Origin: Thermoproteota archaeon
GTDB taxonomy: Archaea > Korarchaeota > Korarchaeia > B14-G2
DNA: 64,000 nucleotides
Assembly: GCA_037917675.1 (NCBI GenBank)
Contig: JAVCBW010000013.1
Span: 25,578-89,577 of the forward strand
Direction: 5' to 3'
A program made the translations under genes and the position numbers. This document shows positions 26,872-37,588 of this stretch, piece after piece; within the stretch, counting starts at the first letter, position 1, and the number at the start of each line of letters is the position of its first letter. The notes under the pieces are model-generated. The model made no database searches, was not told where the DNA came from, and saw nothing but the letters and a program-made list of their open reading frames with translations.

Positions 26872-28214
26872 TCTCGTTGTATTCACCTGAAGTCGAGAAG
26901 GCTCTAGAGGCAGCTGGAGCCAAGATTGGAGATGTAATCAGGATCCAAAGGGGAAGCGAGACATATGAGGGAATACTCTTACCGAGAAGCGAGTATGGTG
27001 ATCCAACATGCATAGTCATCAAGTTACCAAACGGCTACAACATAGGAGTAAGATATACCCCTAGCACGGTGATCCAGAGATTGAGGAAGGCAGCTGAAGT
27101 AGGGAAGTTTCCAGCTAGGAAGGCTGTGAAAAAGCCTGGTCTCCCATCAATCTCTATGATTGCTACTGGTGGCACAATAGGGTCGAGAGTAGACTATGTT
27201 ACTGGAGGAGTATATATGTGTGTCAAGCCAGAGGAGCTGCTTTACCTCACTCCTGAGCTGGAGGCTGCTGTATACATAGAGAGGATGAGGTCTCCATTTC
27301 TTGTTGCAAGCGAAGATCTCACACCAGCTGACTGGAAGAAGTTAGCTGAGATGACAGCTGAAGAGCTCAACTCAGACATAAGAGGAGTCGTAATAACACA
27401 TGGAACAGATACCATGCACTACACCTCTGCAGCTCTCTCGTTCATGCTGAGAAACCTCAGCAAGCCAGTCGCCATCGTAGGCGCACAGCGGTCACCGGAC
27501 AGAGGCAGTTTCGATGGTGCAATGAACCTCCTTTGTGCAGCGTACTATGCAGCGAGATCAGATATAGCTGAAGTAGCCATAGTAATGCACGCTGAGAGCA
27601 GCGACACATACTGCCATGCCATAAGAGGGACTAAAGCTAGGAAAATGCATACATCGAGGAGAGATACTTTCAGGCCGATAAACGACCTTCCTCTCGCCAG
27701 GATATGGCCTAGCGGGAAGATAGATGTTATAAACACCCGATATAAGAAGAGGTGCAAAGCTGAGGTCTATGCGGATACAGCCTTCGAGAGGCGTGTGGCT
27801 ATAGTGAAAGCCTACCCTGGATCAGACCCTGAGATAATAGACTACTACACTGATAAGGGGTACCTAGGGGTTGTTATAGAGGGCACAGGCTTTGGCCACG
27901 CACCCATATACCCTAGAGAAAAGAGGCTATCTTGGCTTCCAAGTATAAGGAGAGCTATAGAAGAGGGCCTAATCATAGTCATGACCTCTCAAGCCTTATA
28001 TGGAAGGACAAACCCATACGTGTACCGCAATGCCCGTGTGCTTAAGCAGGCTGGAGTCATATATGCTGAAGACATGCTGACAGAGGTAGCCTACATAAAG
28101 CTAGGCTGGATACTTGGGCATACACAAGACCGCAGTGAGGTAGAGGCTCTCATGCTAACAGATATAGCAGGTGAAATCTCCAGCAGAACATTATTTGACA
28201 CCTACCTGATATAG
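26868..28214 (+). CDS. gatD: Glu-tRNA(Gln) amidotransferase subunit D
   Basis: KLPNGYNIG, ATGGTIGSRVDYVTG, HGTDTMHY, GAQRSPDR, KMHTSRRD. Confidence 0.96.
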   Translation: MISLYSPEVEKALEAAGAKIGDVIRIQRGSETYEGILLPRSEYGDPTCIVIKLPNGYNIGVRYTPSTVIQRLRKAAEVGKFPARKAVKKPGLPSISMIATGGTIGSRVDYVTGGVYMCVKPEELLYLTPELEAAVYIERMRSPFLVASEDLTPADWKKLAEMTAEELNSDIRGVVITHGTDTMHYTSAALSFMLRNLSKPVAIVGAQRSPDRGSFDGAMNLLCAAYYAARSDIAEVAIVMHAESSDTYCHAIRGTKARKMHTSRRDTFRPINDLPLARIWPSGKIDVINTRYKKRCKAEVYADTAFERRVAIVKAYPGSDPEIIDYYTDKGYLGVVIEGTGFGHAPIYPREKRLSWLPSIRRAIEEGLIIVMTSQALYGRTNPYVYRNARVLKQAGVIYAEDMLTEVAYIKLGWILGHTQDRSEVEALMLTDIAGEISSRTLFDTYLI

Positions 28215-28224
28215 GTGGCACACC

Positions 28225-30144
28225 TTGGAGGCCAAGTGCTTCTACAGCAGCATAGGGTTGAAATGTGGGCTAGAAATACACCAGAGGCTCAAGGGAGGTA
28301 AGCTCTTCTGTGATTGCAGCTCTACGTTATCAGAGCAGCCCTCCCTAGAGATAGTGAGGAGGCTGAGAGCAGTATACGGTGAGCTTGGAGCTGTAGACCG
28401 AGCTGCTGTATTTGAGCACATGAGAGGCCGCAGGTTCATATACAAATACTATCCAAATGACTCCTGCCTAGTAGAGTGTGATGAAGAACCTCCACATCAA
28501 GTTAACAGAGATGCTCTAGAGGCAGCTATAATCGCATCGCTGATGCTGAATGCTCAGATTGTTGATGAAGTTCATGTGATGAGAAAAACCGTGATAGATG
28601 GAAGTAACACCTCAGGCTTCCAGAGGACGATGATAATCGCTCTCAATGGCTACCTAGAGTACAGAGGTGAGAAGATACCCATAGCTCAAGTATGTCTCGA
28701 GGAGGAAGCCTGTGGTATAGTAGAGGATCAAGGAGACACTGTGGTATATAGGCTAGATCGGCTTGGAATACCTCTCATAGAGGTCTCAACAGGGCTGCTG
28801 GAAGGCTACTCACCTGAAGAGATTCAGGAGATAGCTCTGCTGATAGGTGTGACACTTAGGTCAACTGGGAGAGTTAGGAGAGGCCTAGGATCCACGAGGC
28901 AGGATCTCAATGTGTCGATAGATGGTGGAAGCAGGGTTGAGATTAAAGGTGTACAAGAGCTGGAGCTGATCTCTAAGGTCATTAAAAACGAGGTGAAGCG
29001 CCAGCTTTCCCTGATAGCGATAGCAAAGGAGCTTAAAGAGGCCGGTGTTAGAAAGGAGGACTTCAAGCAGCCTATAGAGGCTACCAAGCTGTTTTTAGAG
29101 ACCCAGAATAGAGTCATCAGGAAGGCCATAAAGTCGGGTGGAGCTGTGTTTGCTGCTGTCCTACCAAGACTCTCAGGTTTAGCATCGAGAGAGCTATGTC
29201 CTGGACTAACCCTAGGAAGAGAGCTGGCCTACCATGCTCAAGCATATGGTGTAGGAGGTATAATACACTCAGATGAAGACTTAGCTAAGCTTAGACTAGA
29301 GGAGGAGTTTAGAAGTCTGAGAGAGCTCCTTAAGGCAGACAGCAGAGACCTAGTGTTTGTGGTAGCTGGCCCACCAAAGAGAGCTTACGAAGCAGGGATG
29401 GCTGTAGTGGAGAGAGCAAGGCAGCTACTAGATGGCCCACCAGAAGAGACTAGGGCAGCAAACCCTGATGGCACCACAAGGTTCACAAGACCTCTGCCAG
29501 GAGCAGCCAGGATGTACCCTGAAACAGACATACCTCCAATCCCTATCCCCCAAAGTTATGTAGAGTCTCTTAAGGCAAAGCTCCCAGAGCATTGGCAGCA
29601 AAAAGTTAAGAGGTTCAGAGAGCAGCTAGGGCTCTCAGAGGATTTAGCTAAGCAAGTGGTCTGGTCAGAGTATCTTACCCTATTCGAAGAGGCAGCTAAG
29701 AAGACAAGGCTCCCTCCGACACTAATAGCCTCAACACTCCTCTCAACACTCAAAGACATTAAGAGGAGGGATAAGCTTCCAGTAGATCAGCTGCCAGATG
29801 AGAAGATAATGGAGGCATTAATTGCAGTAGACAGAGGAGAGCTATCAAAGGAGGCTCTACCAGATGTTCTAAGGGAGCTTGCCAAAAACCCTGGGAAAAC
29901 CGTGCAAGAAATAGCTGATAGGCTTGGGATAAAGCCTATAACCAGAGAGGAGCTGAGGGAGATAGTAGCCTCCATAATACAGGACAACATGGAGGCTGTT
30001 CTAAAGAGGAGAGAGCGGGCGCTAGGCCTAATTATGGGCCGAGTAATGGCTAAGGTCAGGGGGAGAGTTGATGGGAAGCTGGTCTCAGAGGAAGTCAGAA
30101 GGAAGCTCAGAGAGGTCCTGTCATCTACTGAGGTGAAAACTTGA
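28225..30144 (+). CDS. gatE: Glu-tRNA(Gln) amidotransferase subunit E
   Basis: GLKCGLEIHQRL, MRKTVIDGSNTSGFQRT, YRLDRLGIPLIE, RPLPGAARMYPETDIPP. Confidence 0.96.
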   Translation: MEAKCFYSSIGLKCGLEIHQRLKGGKLFCDCSSTLSEQPSLEIVRRLRAVYGELGAVDRAAVFEHMRGRRFIYKYYPNDSCLVECDEEPPHQVNRDALEAAIIASLMLNAQIVDEVHVMRKTVIDGSNTSGFQRTMIIALNGYLEYRGEKIPIAQVCLEEEACGIVEDQGDTVVYRLDRLGIPLIEVSTGLLEGYSPEEIQEIALLIGVTLRSTGRVRRGLGSTRQDLNVSIDGGSRVEIKGVQELELISKVIKNEVKRQLSLIAIAKELKEAGVRKEDFKQPIEATKLFLETQNRVIRKAIKSGGAVFAAVLPRLSGLASRELCPGLTLGRELAYHAQAYGVGGIIHSDEDLAKLRLEEEFRSLRELLKADSRDLVFVVAGPPKRAYEAGMAVVERARQLLDGPPEETRAANPDGTTRFTRPLPGAARMYPETDIPPIPIPQSYVESLKAKLPEHWQQKVKRFREQLGLSEDLAKQVVWSEYLTLFEEAAKKTRLPPTLIASTLLSTLKDIKRRDKLPVDQLPDEKIMEALIAVDRGELSKEALPDVLRELAKNPGKTVQEIADRLGIKPITREELREIVASIIQDNMEAVLKRRERALGLIMGRVMAKVRGRVDGKLVSEEVRRKLREVLSSTEVKT

Positions 30145-31424
30145 GCGGGAACCCCTATGCTATAGCTGAGATCAAGGCTAGGTGGATCCTAGACTCTCGA
30201 GGGAATCCTACTGTAGAAGCCGAAGCCATATTGGAGTGTGGTGCCAGGGGTATAGCTGCTGCTCCAAGTGGAGCCTCACGTGGAGAGCATGAAGCACTTG
30301 AGATAAGAGATGGTGTCAGGTCAGAGTTCCATGGTAAAGGAGTTAAGAAAGCTATCAGAAACATAGAGGAGGTCATAGCTCCAGCTCTAATTGGATTAGA
30401 CTCTAGGGATCAAAGAGGAATAGATCAAGTCATCACAGACCTAGATGGAACCCAGCAGAAGGCGAGACTCGGTGCGAATGCCTGCCTGCCAGTATCTCTA
30501 GCTGTAGCGAAGGCTGCTGCAGCAGCCAAAGGCGCCCCCTTATACATGCACTTAAGAGAGGCCTATGGAATAGAAAGAAGGCTTATCATGCCAATCCCCC
30601 TATCTAACATGATAAACGGTGGAAAGCATGGGGCAGGCATAGACATACAGGAGTTTCTAGTAATTCCTGTAGGGGCCGAGTCTTTCACTAAAGCCATCCA
30701 AGCTCTATCAGAGATATACCATGCTCTTGGAGACCTCATATCTAGGAGAGGGCACCCTCGAGCTGTAGGCGACGAAGGTGGATACACCTGCATAGAGATG
30801 AAGACTGAGGAAGCTCTCGACCTCCTATCATCTGCAATAGAGGAGTCAGGGTATTCTCTTGGAACCGAAATAACGCTAGGATTAGACTGTGCAGCAACTC
30901 ATCTATATGCTAATGGAGTCTACCACATAGATGGTAAGGTACTAGACAACCTCTCTCTCATGGAGTGGTATATCGAGCTGGTTAGCAAATACCCCATAAC
31001 TTCTATAGAGGATCCATTCCACGAAGATGACTGGGCTGCCACAGCCTCGCTCACAGCAAAAATAGGAGACAGAGTCCAGGTTGTTGGAGACGACATCTTC
31101 GCATCACAGCCATCTAGGCTGCTAGCTGGCGCCAAGCAGGGTGTATGTAATGCTATACTCTTAAAGCCAAATCAGGTCGGCACTCTCAGCGAGGCCATAG
31201 AGACCGCAGATACTGCATTCAACCTAAGATACTCCGTCATAGTAAGCCATAGAAGCGGGGAAACAGAGGACACTTTCATAGCAGACTTAGCTGTAGCCCT
31301 AGGATGTGGGCAGATAAAGACAGGAGCTCCAGCAAGAGGCGAGAGAACTGCAAAGTACAACAGGCTGCTCAGGATAAGTGAGCAGGAGATCATGGAATAC
31401 CCCGGAAGCCTTAGAGTAGCTTAG
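30141..31424 (+). CDS. eno: Enolase
   Basis: ILDSRGNPTVE, PSGAS, VGDEGG, SIEDPFHEDD, LLKPNQVGTLSE, SHRSGETED, IKTGAPARGER. Confidence 0.97.
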   Translation: MSGNPYAIAEIKARWILDSRGNPTVEAEAILECGARGIAAAPSGASRGEHEALEIRDGVRSEFHGKGVKKAIRNIEEVIAPALIGLDSRDQRGIDQVITDLDGTQQKARLGANACLPVSLAVAKAAAAAKGAPLYMHLREAYGIERRLIMPIPLSNMINGGKHGAGIDIQEFLVIPVGAESFTKAIQALSEIYHALGDLISRRGHPRAVGDEGGYTCIEMKTEEALDLLSSAIEESGYSLGTEITLGLDCAATHLYANGVYHIDGKVLDNLSLMEWYIELVSKYPITSIEDPFHEDDWAATASLTAKIGDRVQVVGDDIFASQPSRLLAGAKQGVCNAILLKPNQVGTLSEAIETADTAFNLRYSVIVSHRSGETEDTFIADLAVALGCGQIKTGAPARGERTAKYNRLLRISEQEIMEYPGSLRVA

Positions 31425-31480
31425 ATGGCCTCTCCCATCTCCCTACATGCTTAAAATAACGTATGTACATGGGTTAGAGG

Positions 31481-34400
31481 GTGCCCTTGGATCAGGAAGT
31501 CGCCATATTCATTGAGAGTGTTAAGCAGAAGGATTTAGCTATCATGACACATGACATGTTCACGATTACCACATTAGCTGGTAAGGGGTTTAAGCTTCCT
31601 CATGCCTTCATCATAACAGATGTCGCATTCAAGCTGTTTCTCAAGGCCTCTGGGCTGTTAAAGCAATTCAATAACTTGGTTTCTAAGGCTGCTGATGGCA
31701 TGGACTTCGATGCTGAGCTAAAAGAGTTTTCAGAGAACCTCCTAAAATCAGAGATCCCCAGAGAGGTAGCTGAAGCCCTAAGAGAGGCTTACACTAAGCT
31801 TGGAAGCAGGTCAGGCTCCTTCCCACCTGCTACCTTTCTATATGCTTCAGTCTCAGTAGAGGGCTCTAGCATAACCCTAGGCTCTAGCAGATGGGCTGAG
31901 AAAATAGTGGTGAGCCCTGATGCTCTTCTAGAGGAAGTCAGAAAGATGTGGTCTAGAGTAGTATCTCAGGCAGTGATAGCTGAGCTAGCTAAGTCCAGTG
32001 GCACAGTAGATAAGTTTAAAGTCTCCATTTTTGCAGCCTGCATACCACCAGTCAAGGCGTCTGGGAGGTCAGAAGTCACTGACAACCAGATACTAGTCCA
32101 GTCGACACTAGGCCTCTATATGCCCATCCTAGACTTCATATCATTCGATGAGTTCATCATAGACAAGTCTTCTATGGTAGTTCTTGAGGAAAAGCTCTCA
32201 CCAAAGGAGAAAGCTCTCACCATCTATGGTGGTGTGCCAAGAGTGGAGAGTGTCCTCTCCACCCTGATCAATAGGCCCAGCCTGACGCCTGAAGAGGCTA
32301 TTGAAGCTGCTAACCTAGCATTAAGGTTAAGCGAGCTAGTTGGTAAGCCTGTATCTGTGGTATGGCTTCTCTCTGAGAGGCCGAAAGCACTATATGTACT
32401 TGCATATGAGGAGGTAGCCATGGGACATGAGATATTTGTGATCCCATTTGAGAAGCTCAGAAAGGAGGATTCTCGGTTAGCCGGTGGGAAGAACGCTAAC
32501 CTAGGTGAGCTGGCTGCAGCTGGCTTTCCTGTTCCACCAGGCTTTGCTATAACATCCAAGGCTTACGAGTACTTCTTAGAGAAGTCTAGTGTAAAAGAGA
32601 GGATAGCAAAGATGCTCGAGGAGACGCCTAGAGGAGCCGCTGCTCCTGAGGCATATCAGGAGGCATCTAAGAGGATAAGAGAAGTGGTAGAGGCTGCTGA
32701 AGTGCCTCCGGAGCTGAGGGATGCAATAGTCTTAGCCTACAGAGAGCTATGTAGGAGGCTTGGTAGGGAAGTCTATGTAGCCGTGAGGTCTTCTGCTACA
32801 GCAGAGGACTTGAGTACAGCTAGCTTCGCAGGGCAGCAGGAGACTTATCTCAACATCAGAGGGGAGGAAGAGCTGATAAGAGCTGTGAAGAAATGCTGGT
32901 CAAGCCTGTTTACAGCCAGAGCCATATTTTACAGAGAACAAAAGGGTTTTCCTCACGAGCAAGTTCTCATGGGAGTTGGAGTCCAGGAGATGGTCGATGC
33001 CAAGTCAGCTGGAGTCATGTTTACAATAGATCCTGTAACAGGTGACCCAACGAAGCTTGTCATAGAATCAAGCTGGGGGCTAGGCGAGTCTGTGGTGTCA
33101 GGTGAAGTAACTCCTGACTACTTTGTAGTGGACAAGAAAACCCTAAAGATACTCGAAAGAAAGACCTCCAGAAAGGAAAAGCAGAGAATAAGAGATCCAG
33201 AGACAGGCAGGACAGTTACTGTCGAGGTTCCAGACGAGAAGAAGGAGGCGCCTTCACTAACTGACGATGAAGTCAGAGAGCTAGCCCAGCTAGGCATCAA
33301 GATAGAGAAGCACTATGGGCAGCCACAGGATATCGAGTGGGCTATAGACAGGAACCGCCCATTTCCTCATAATGTAATGATACTGCAAGCCCGTCCAGAG
33401 ACTGTGTGGAGCGCTAAGCGTTTAGAGGAAGCTGAAAAGCCTCCAGAGAAGCCAGCTATAGAAGGCAGAGTAGTCGTGGTCAAGGGGCTTCCAGCATCTC
33501 CAGGAGTGCATACTGGAAGAGCTAAGGTAGCGCTTACAGTAGAGGAAGCCAGCAAAATAGTATCTAAAGGAGATATTCTCGTTACTAAAATGACCAATCC
33601 AGACTGGGTTCCATACATGAGGTTGGCTGGAGCCATAGTCACAGACGAGGGAGGCATGACATGTCATGCTGCCATAGTCAGCAGAGAGCTTGGAATCCCA
33701 TGCATAGTAGGCGCTGGTGACGCTACTCAGCTCCTAAAGACAGGGGAAGTCTATACAGTCGATGCATCAGCTGGCGTAGTATATGAGGGGGTAGTAGAGG
33801 AGGTTCTTGAGAAGCCTTCAGAAGAAGTAGCTCTACCACGGCTGCCAGCGGAAGCAGCTCCCATAACTGGAACCAAGATATACATGAACCTAGGAGCACC
33901 AGACATGATAGACAAGTACAAGAACCTACCATTTGATGGAATAGGCCTCATGAGAATAGAGTTCATCCTAGCATCCTACATAGGAGATCACCCGAACTAC
34001 CTGATTGAAATAGGTCATCCTGAGAAGTTTGTAGACAAGCTTGCTGACGGAATAACTAGGGTAGCTAGAGCAATATATCCCAGGCCTGTTGTAGTAAGGT
34101 TCTCAGACTTCAAGACAAACGAGTATCGGCAGTTGAAGGGTGGTGAGAAGTATGAGCCAGAGGAGAGCAACCCTATGCTAGGCTGGCGTGGAGCTTCAAG
34201 ATATATCTCTCCAGGATACGAGAAGGCATTTAGGCTAGAATGCAAGGCTATAAGGAAGGTTAGAGAGGAATATGGCCTTAAGAATGTCTGGGTAATGATT
34301 CCCTTCGTTAGGACAGTATGGGAGCTACAGAAGTGCCTTGAGATTATGGCAGAGGAGGGCCTGAGAAGAGGAAGAGACTTCAAAATATGGATCATGGCTG

Positions 34401-34819
34401 AAGTCCCGAGCATAATAATTCTAGCAGACGAGTTCAGCAAGTATGTAGATGGCTTCAGCATAGGCTCTAATGACCTAACTCAGCTTATCCTAGGTGTGGA
34501 TAGAGACTCCCAGATCTTACCTGAGATAGACTCCAGGTACTTTGATGAACGTGATCCAGCTGTCAAGAGAGCAATCCACCACCTCATTGAGGTAGCTCAC
34601 GAAAATGGCGTGACGGTCTCGATATGCGGCCAGGCTCCCTCAGTATACCCAGACTTTGTAGAGTTCCTCGTCCGCTGTGGGATAGATAGCATAAGCGTCA
34701 ACCCAGATGCTGTAATAGATACAAGGAGGCTTGTTGCTAGCATAGAGCAGAGGATACTCCTAGAGCAGGCAGTCAACTCAGCAAAGAGTAGAGCTAGACT
34801 GTTCAAAAAGCCCGCTTAG
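31481..34819 (+). CDS. ppsA: Phosphoenolpyruvate synthase with an extra, degenerate N-terminal nucleotide-binding domain
   Basis: From M314 (32420): GGKNANLGEL, AVRSSATAED, SFAGQQET, GGMTCHAAIVSRELG, NPMLGWRG, SIGSNDLTQ; the first 313 aa are a decayed copy of the ATP-grasp domain. Confidence 0.93.
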   Translation: MPLDQEVAIFIESVKQKDLAIMTHDMFTITTLAGKGFKLPHAFIITDVAFKLFLKASGLLKQFNNLVSKAADGMDFDAELKEFSENLLKSEIPREVAEALREAYTKLGSRSGSFPPATFLYASVSVEGSSITLGSSRWAEKIVVSPDALLEEVRKMWSRVVSQAVIAELAKSSGTVDKFKVSIFAACIPPVKASGRSEVTDNQILVQSTLGLYMPILDFISFDEFIIDKSSMVVLEEKLSPKEKALTIYGGVPRVESVLSTLINRPSLTPEEAIEAANLALRLSELVGKPVSVVWLLSERPKALYVLAYEEVAMGHEIFVIPFEKLRKEDSRLAGGKNANLGELAAAGFPVPPGFAITSKAYEYFLEKSSVKERIAKMLEETPRGAAAPEAYQEASKRIREVVEAAEVPPELRDAIVLAYRELCRRLGREVYVAVRSSATAEDLSTASFAGQQETYLNIRGEEELIRAVKKCWSSLFTARAIFYREQKGFPHEQVLMGVGVQEMVDAKSAGVMFTIDPVTGDPTKLVIESSWGLGESVVSGEVTPDYFVVDKKTLKILERKTSRKEKQRIRDPETGRTVTVEVPDEKKEAPSLTDDEVRELAQLGIKIEKHYGQPQDIEWAIDRNRPFPHNVMILQARPETVWSAKRLEEAEKPPEKPAIEGRVVVVKGLPASPGVHTGRAKVALTVEEASKIVSKGDILVTKMTNPDWVPYMRLAGAIVTDEGGMTCHAAIVSRELGIPCIVGAGDATQLLKTGEVYTVDASAGVVYEGVVEEVLEKPSEEVALPRLPAEAAPITGTKIYMNLGAPDMIDKYKNLPFDGIGLMRIEFILASYIGDHPNYLIEIGHPEKFVDKLADGITRVARAIYPRPVVVRFSDFKTNEYRQLKGGEKYEPEESNPMLGWRGASRYISPGYEKAFRLECKAIRKVREEYGLKNVWVMIPFVRTVWELQKCLEIMAEEGLRRGRDFKIWIMAEVPSIIILADEFSKYVDGFSIGSNDLTQLILGVDRDSQILPEIDSRYFDERDPAVKRAIHHLIEVAHENGVTVSICGQAPSVYPDFVEFLVRCGIDSISVNPDAVIDTRRLVASIEQRILLEQAVNSAKSRARLFKKPA

Positions 34820-35440
34820 CTCTCTCACAATACAGATGGCTGCATTCAAGACAGCTAACGTCACCGAAGCAGCCTCCTCTCCCATCCCAATGAGGACCAT
34901 ATCTCCTTCTTCTGGCTGAAGCGTCTCCTCGATCTCAGAATAGAGGCTAGGATACTTCTCACTGACACTCGTGTTCCCCGGTGGAATATACAGGTCAGCT
35001 GACCCCTTAAAGAGAAGAACTGCCCCCTCTCCACCAAACCTGATGACATCATCCCTAACCTTGAGCACATTTACGTCTTCAAGTTTAACGTCGCGTATCA
35101 GAAGAGCAACATTCACTCTCCTGAGTGTAAGGCTGTCTCCCGTCCTAAGCAGTATGGGCTTTGAGATTCTAGATTTGATGAAGCTCACTATGCTCCTCCC
35201 CAAGCTGCTTAGCTTGACCCCCGCCTTGCTTACCTGGATAACTCCTAAGGAGCTAAGCTTACCGAGTATAGTCCGTGTAGTCCCCTCCCCGAGCGACATA
35301 CTCTGACATAGTACTCTCCTCCCAGCTATCTTCATATCCTCTAGAGCAAATAGCAGTAGGATAATGTGTCCTACTGTGACTCCCGTCTTCTTGAGTGACT
35401 TTAAGGCTCTGTTAAGCATCTTCAGCTCGCTCTCTGACAT
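34778..35440 (-). CDS. Archaeal wHTH protein with DUF4443-like C-terminal domain
   Basis: GRRVLCQSMSLGEGTTRTILGKL; LKVRDDVIRFGGEGAVLL. Confidence 0.65.
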   Translation of the reverse strand: MSESELKMLNRALKSLKKTGVTVGHIILLLFALEDMKIAGRRVLCQSMSLGEGTTRTILGKLSSLGVIQVSKAGVKLSSLGRSIVSFIKSRISKPILLRTGDSLTLRRVNVALLIRDVKLEDVNVLKVRDDVIRFGGEGAVLLFKGSADLYIPPGNTSVSEKYPSLYSEIEETLQPEEGDMVLIGMGEEAASVTLAVLNAAICIVRELSGLFEQSSSTLC

Positions 35441-35442
35441 CC

Positions 35443-37536
35443 CTAACCCCTAGGTAACAGCTTAACTCGCCTGCATATCTTGGTAGGTAAGTTAAGCTGT
35501 ATATACATGCCTGCTATCCACAGCTTTAGCTGATCTACATAGTTTGGGCTAAGCCAGTGCCCTCCCTCACCACTGTATAAGATACCTAACACTCTATTGG
35601 GTAGCTTAGCGAATGCTGCTGCAAGCCCTCTCCTGACCCTAAGGTTCTCCTCAATATCTATTACGCAGGCTCCTCCAGAGAAAATCCATTTATGGATTCC
35701 TCTAGCTGCTGCCTCTCCTACCTTTGCAAAGGGGTCTCCTAGAGCTGAGCCTATATGTCTAAAGCACACTGTAGCTTCCTGCTTTCTCATGGTGACAGCT
35801 TCCCTAACAGCCTTCACTATGATGTCGCTCGGAGGAGCTTTTACAACCTCACTTATCCACAGGTCTCCATGCCTAAGCATGTGGATTAGTCTAGCTAAAG
35901 CCCACTGTCTAAAATATACGTATGGATGATATAGATCTCCAAGCTTGCTGAATACTTCTCTAAGCAACACGCTTTCAAAGGCATAGATGGTATAGGGGTC
36001 AGTTAGCCTTTCAGGTATAGCAGCTAGCGTCTCAGCTGTCTCAAGCAGAGCTTCAGCAAAGGGATCATACCCACCCATTATGGCATCAATGCATGTGTCT
36101 CCTGCAATACGCTTACTCCAGTTCACGTAGTATGCTACCTCATCTTTACATGCCTGATGGAGAATCGGGTATATGGCCACGATTCCACCTGTAGCCTGTA
36201 GCATCGTCTTCAGCTTATCAGCTGATACAGCCTCCTTCCAAGCGTACTCCAGGTCAAACAGCGGCTTAACAGCGTTTGGAGCGTTTACATCAGGATAGGA
36301 GCCAAGTATCGCTAGGCTACAGCAGTTGCTGTCAGCAAGCACTATAGCCACAGGTGGAGCATTAAGGACAGCTGTATCGACTCTCCCTCTTATAATAGCC
36401 TCAAGCAGCGCATAAAGCAGATCCCAACTTACCTTAGTGCTCTTGAATGAGAAGTAGCTGCCATATACCTCAGCTAACCTTACTCCTAAGGCTTCATATG
36501 TCGGCTTCTCAACAAACCCACTTGGGGTTCTTATCCTTAGTAATCTGAGCTTAAGAGGATACCATCTACCTCCCTTAAAGATATGTGTCCTATTAGCGAT
36601 AGCAATATAGACGTCAACAGAGTCTGTAGCCAAGCTAATCAGAGCTCCTGCACGTTCTCCTGCTGACCATGCTATTGGCAGTGGGACACCTGGGATAAAC
36701 AGCCCATAAACAGTAATCTCACCGACTTCGATCACAGCGAAGTAATATGGTGCAGGAGCTTTCTCGATACCTGACATGTAGCTACACCATAGGAACCCTG
36801 GTGAAGCTACTGCGAACCCAGATAAGGAGGGGAGCCCAATCTCCTCTAGCTTCTTCTCTATACGCCATAGGGCTAAGGCAGCGCTCGTCAAGGGCTTTTC
36901 GCTTTCCAGAACTGCATCATCTAGACTATAGCCCGCTGGAAGGAGTCCCATAGCATACTGCCCATATCTAGCATATATTGCGCTCCAAGTCAGCTCCATT
37001 ACTGCCTTAGCAACTGGATTCGCTAGTGCAAGCCCAAGAATCCCAAGGCTGTCTTTCATACTCCACTTAAGGCGGCATCTGGAGAGAGGCCCTATGGATG
37101 CTTTAGTTGAGCTCTCAATGTAGGCATTCACTCCCCTCGAGTATGCTGAAAACAGCTGAGAGAGCTCTACCGGAATATTCTCGTCTTCAGTAAAGCACAT
37201 GTGCTGAATTAAGTAATCTACCTCTACGTACTCTGCTCCAAGAAGCTCTGAGAGGCATCCCGATGCAGCTCTACGCAGCAGATCCATTTGAAGAAGCCTA
37301 TCTGATGCCATAGCATATCCTAGTGCAAAGAAGGCATCAGATAAGCTCTCTGCTCTTATGTACGGGATACCCCACCTACTGTACTCTATGCATACAGCTC
37401 CAGCTAGCCCACGCACTCTGGTGGCTTTTTCCCTATAGGGTAGCTCCATACCACCTGAGATCATGTTGACGGCTAGTAAAATGAGCATTATTCCAGCTAG
37501 AGATGCCGTTTTGCCTGCTATCCTAGCACCCCTCAT
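35443..37536 (-). CDS. Penicillin acylase (Ntn hydrolase) family protein, membrane-anchored or secreted, catalytic region degenerate
   Basis: N-terminal hydrophobic segment; WGIPYIRAESLSDAFFALGYAMASDRLLQMDLLRRAASG; C-terminal SPNYVDQLKLW. Confidence 0.75.
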   Translation of the reverse strand: MRGARIAGKTASLAGIMLILLAVNMISGGMELPYREKATRVRGLAGAVCIEYSRWGIPYIRAESLSDAFFALGYAMASDRLLQMDLLRRAASGCLSELLGAEYVEVDYLIQHMCFTEDENIPVELSQLFSAYSRGVNAYIESSTKASIGPLSRCRLKWSMKDSLGILGLALANPVAKAVMELTWSAIYARYGQYAMGLLPAGYSLDDAVLESEKPLTSAALALWRIEKKLEEIGLPSLSGFAVASPGFLWCSYMSGIEKAPAPYYFAVIEVGEITVYGLFIPGVPLPIAWSAGERAGALISLATDSVDVYIAIANRTHIFKGGRWYPLKLRLLRIRTPSGFVEKPTYEALGVRLAEVYGSYFSFKSTKVSWDLLYALLEAIIRGRVDTAVLNAPPVAIVLADSNCCSLAILGSYPDVNAPNAVKPLFDLEYAWKEAVSADKLKTMLQATGGIVAIYPILHQACKDEVAYYVNWSKRIAGDTCIDAIMGGYDPFAEALLETAETLAAIPERLTDPYTIYAFESVLLREVFSKLGDLYHPYVYFRQWALARLIHMLRHGDLWISEVVKAPPSDIIVKAVREAVTMRKQEATVCFRHIGSALGDPFAKVGEAAARGIHKWIFSGGACVIDIEENLRVRRGLAAAFAKLPNRVLGILYSGEGGHWLSPNYVDQLKLWIAGMYIQLNLPTKICRRVKLLPRG

Positions 37537-37588
37537 ACAAGCCGCCAGCTTTTAATCAGCTAGAACCTTAAGCATTAGGGGTTATTTA

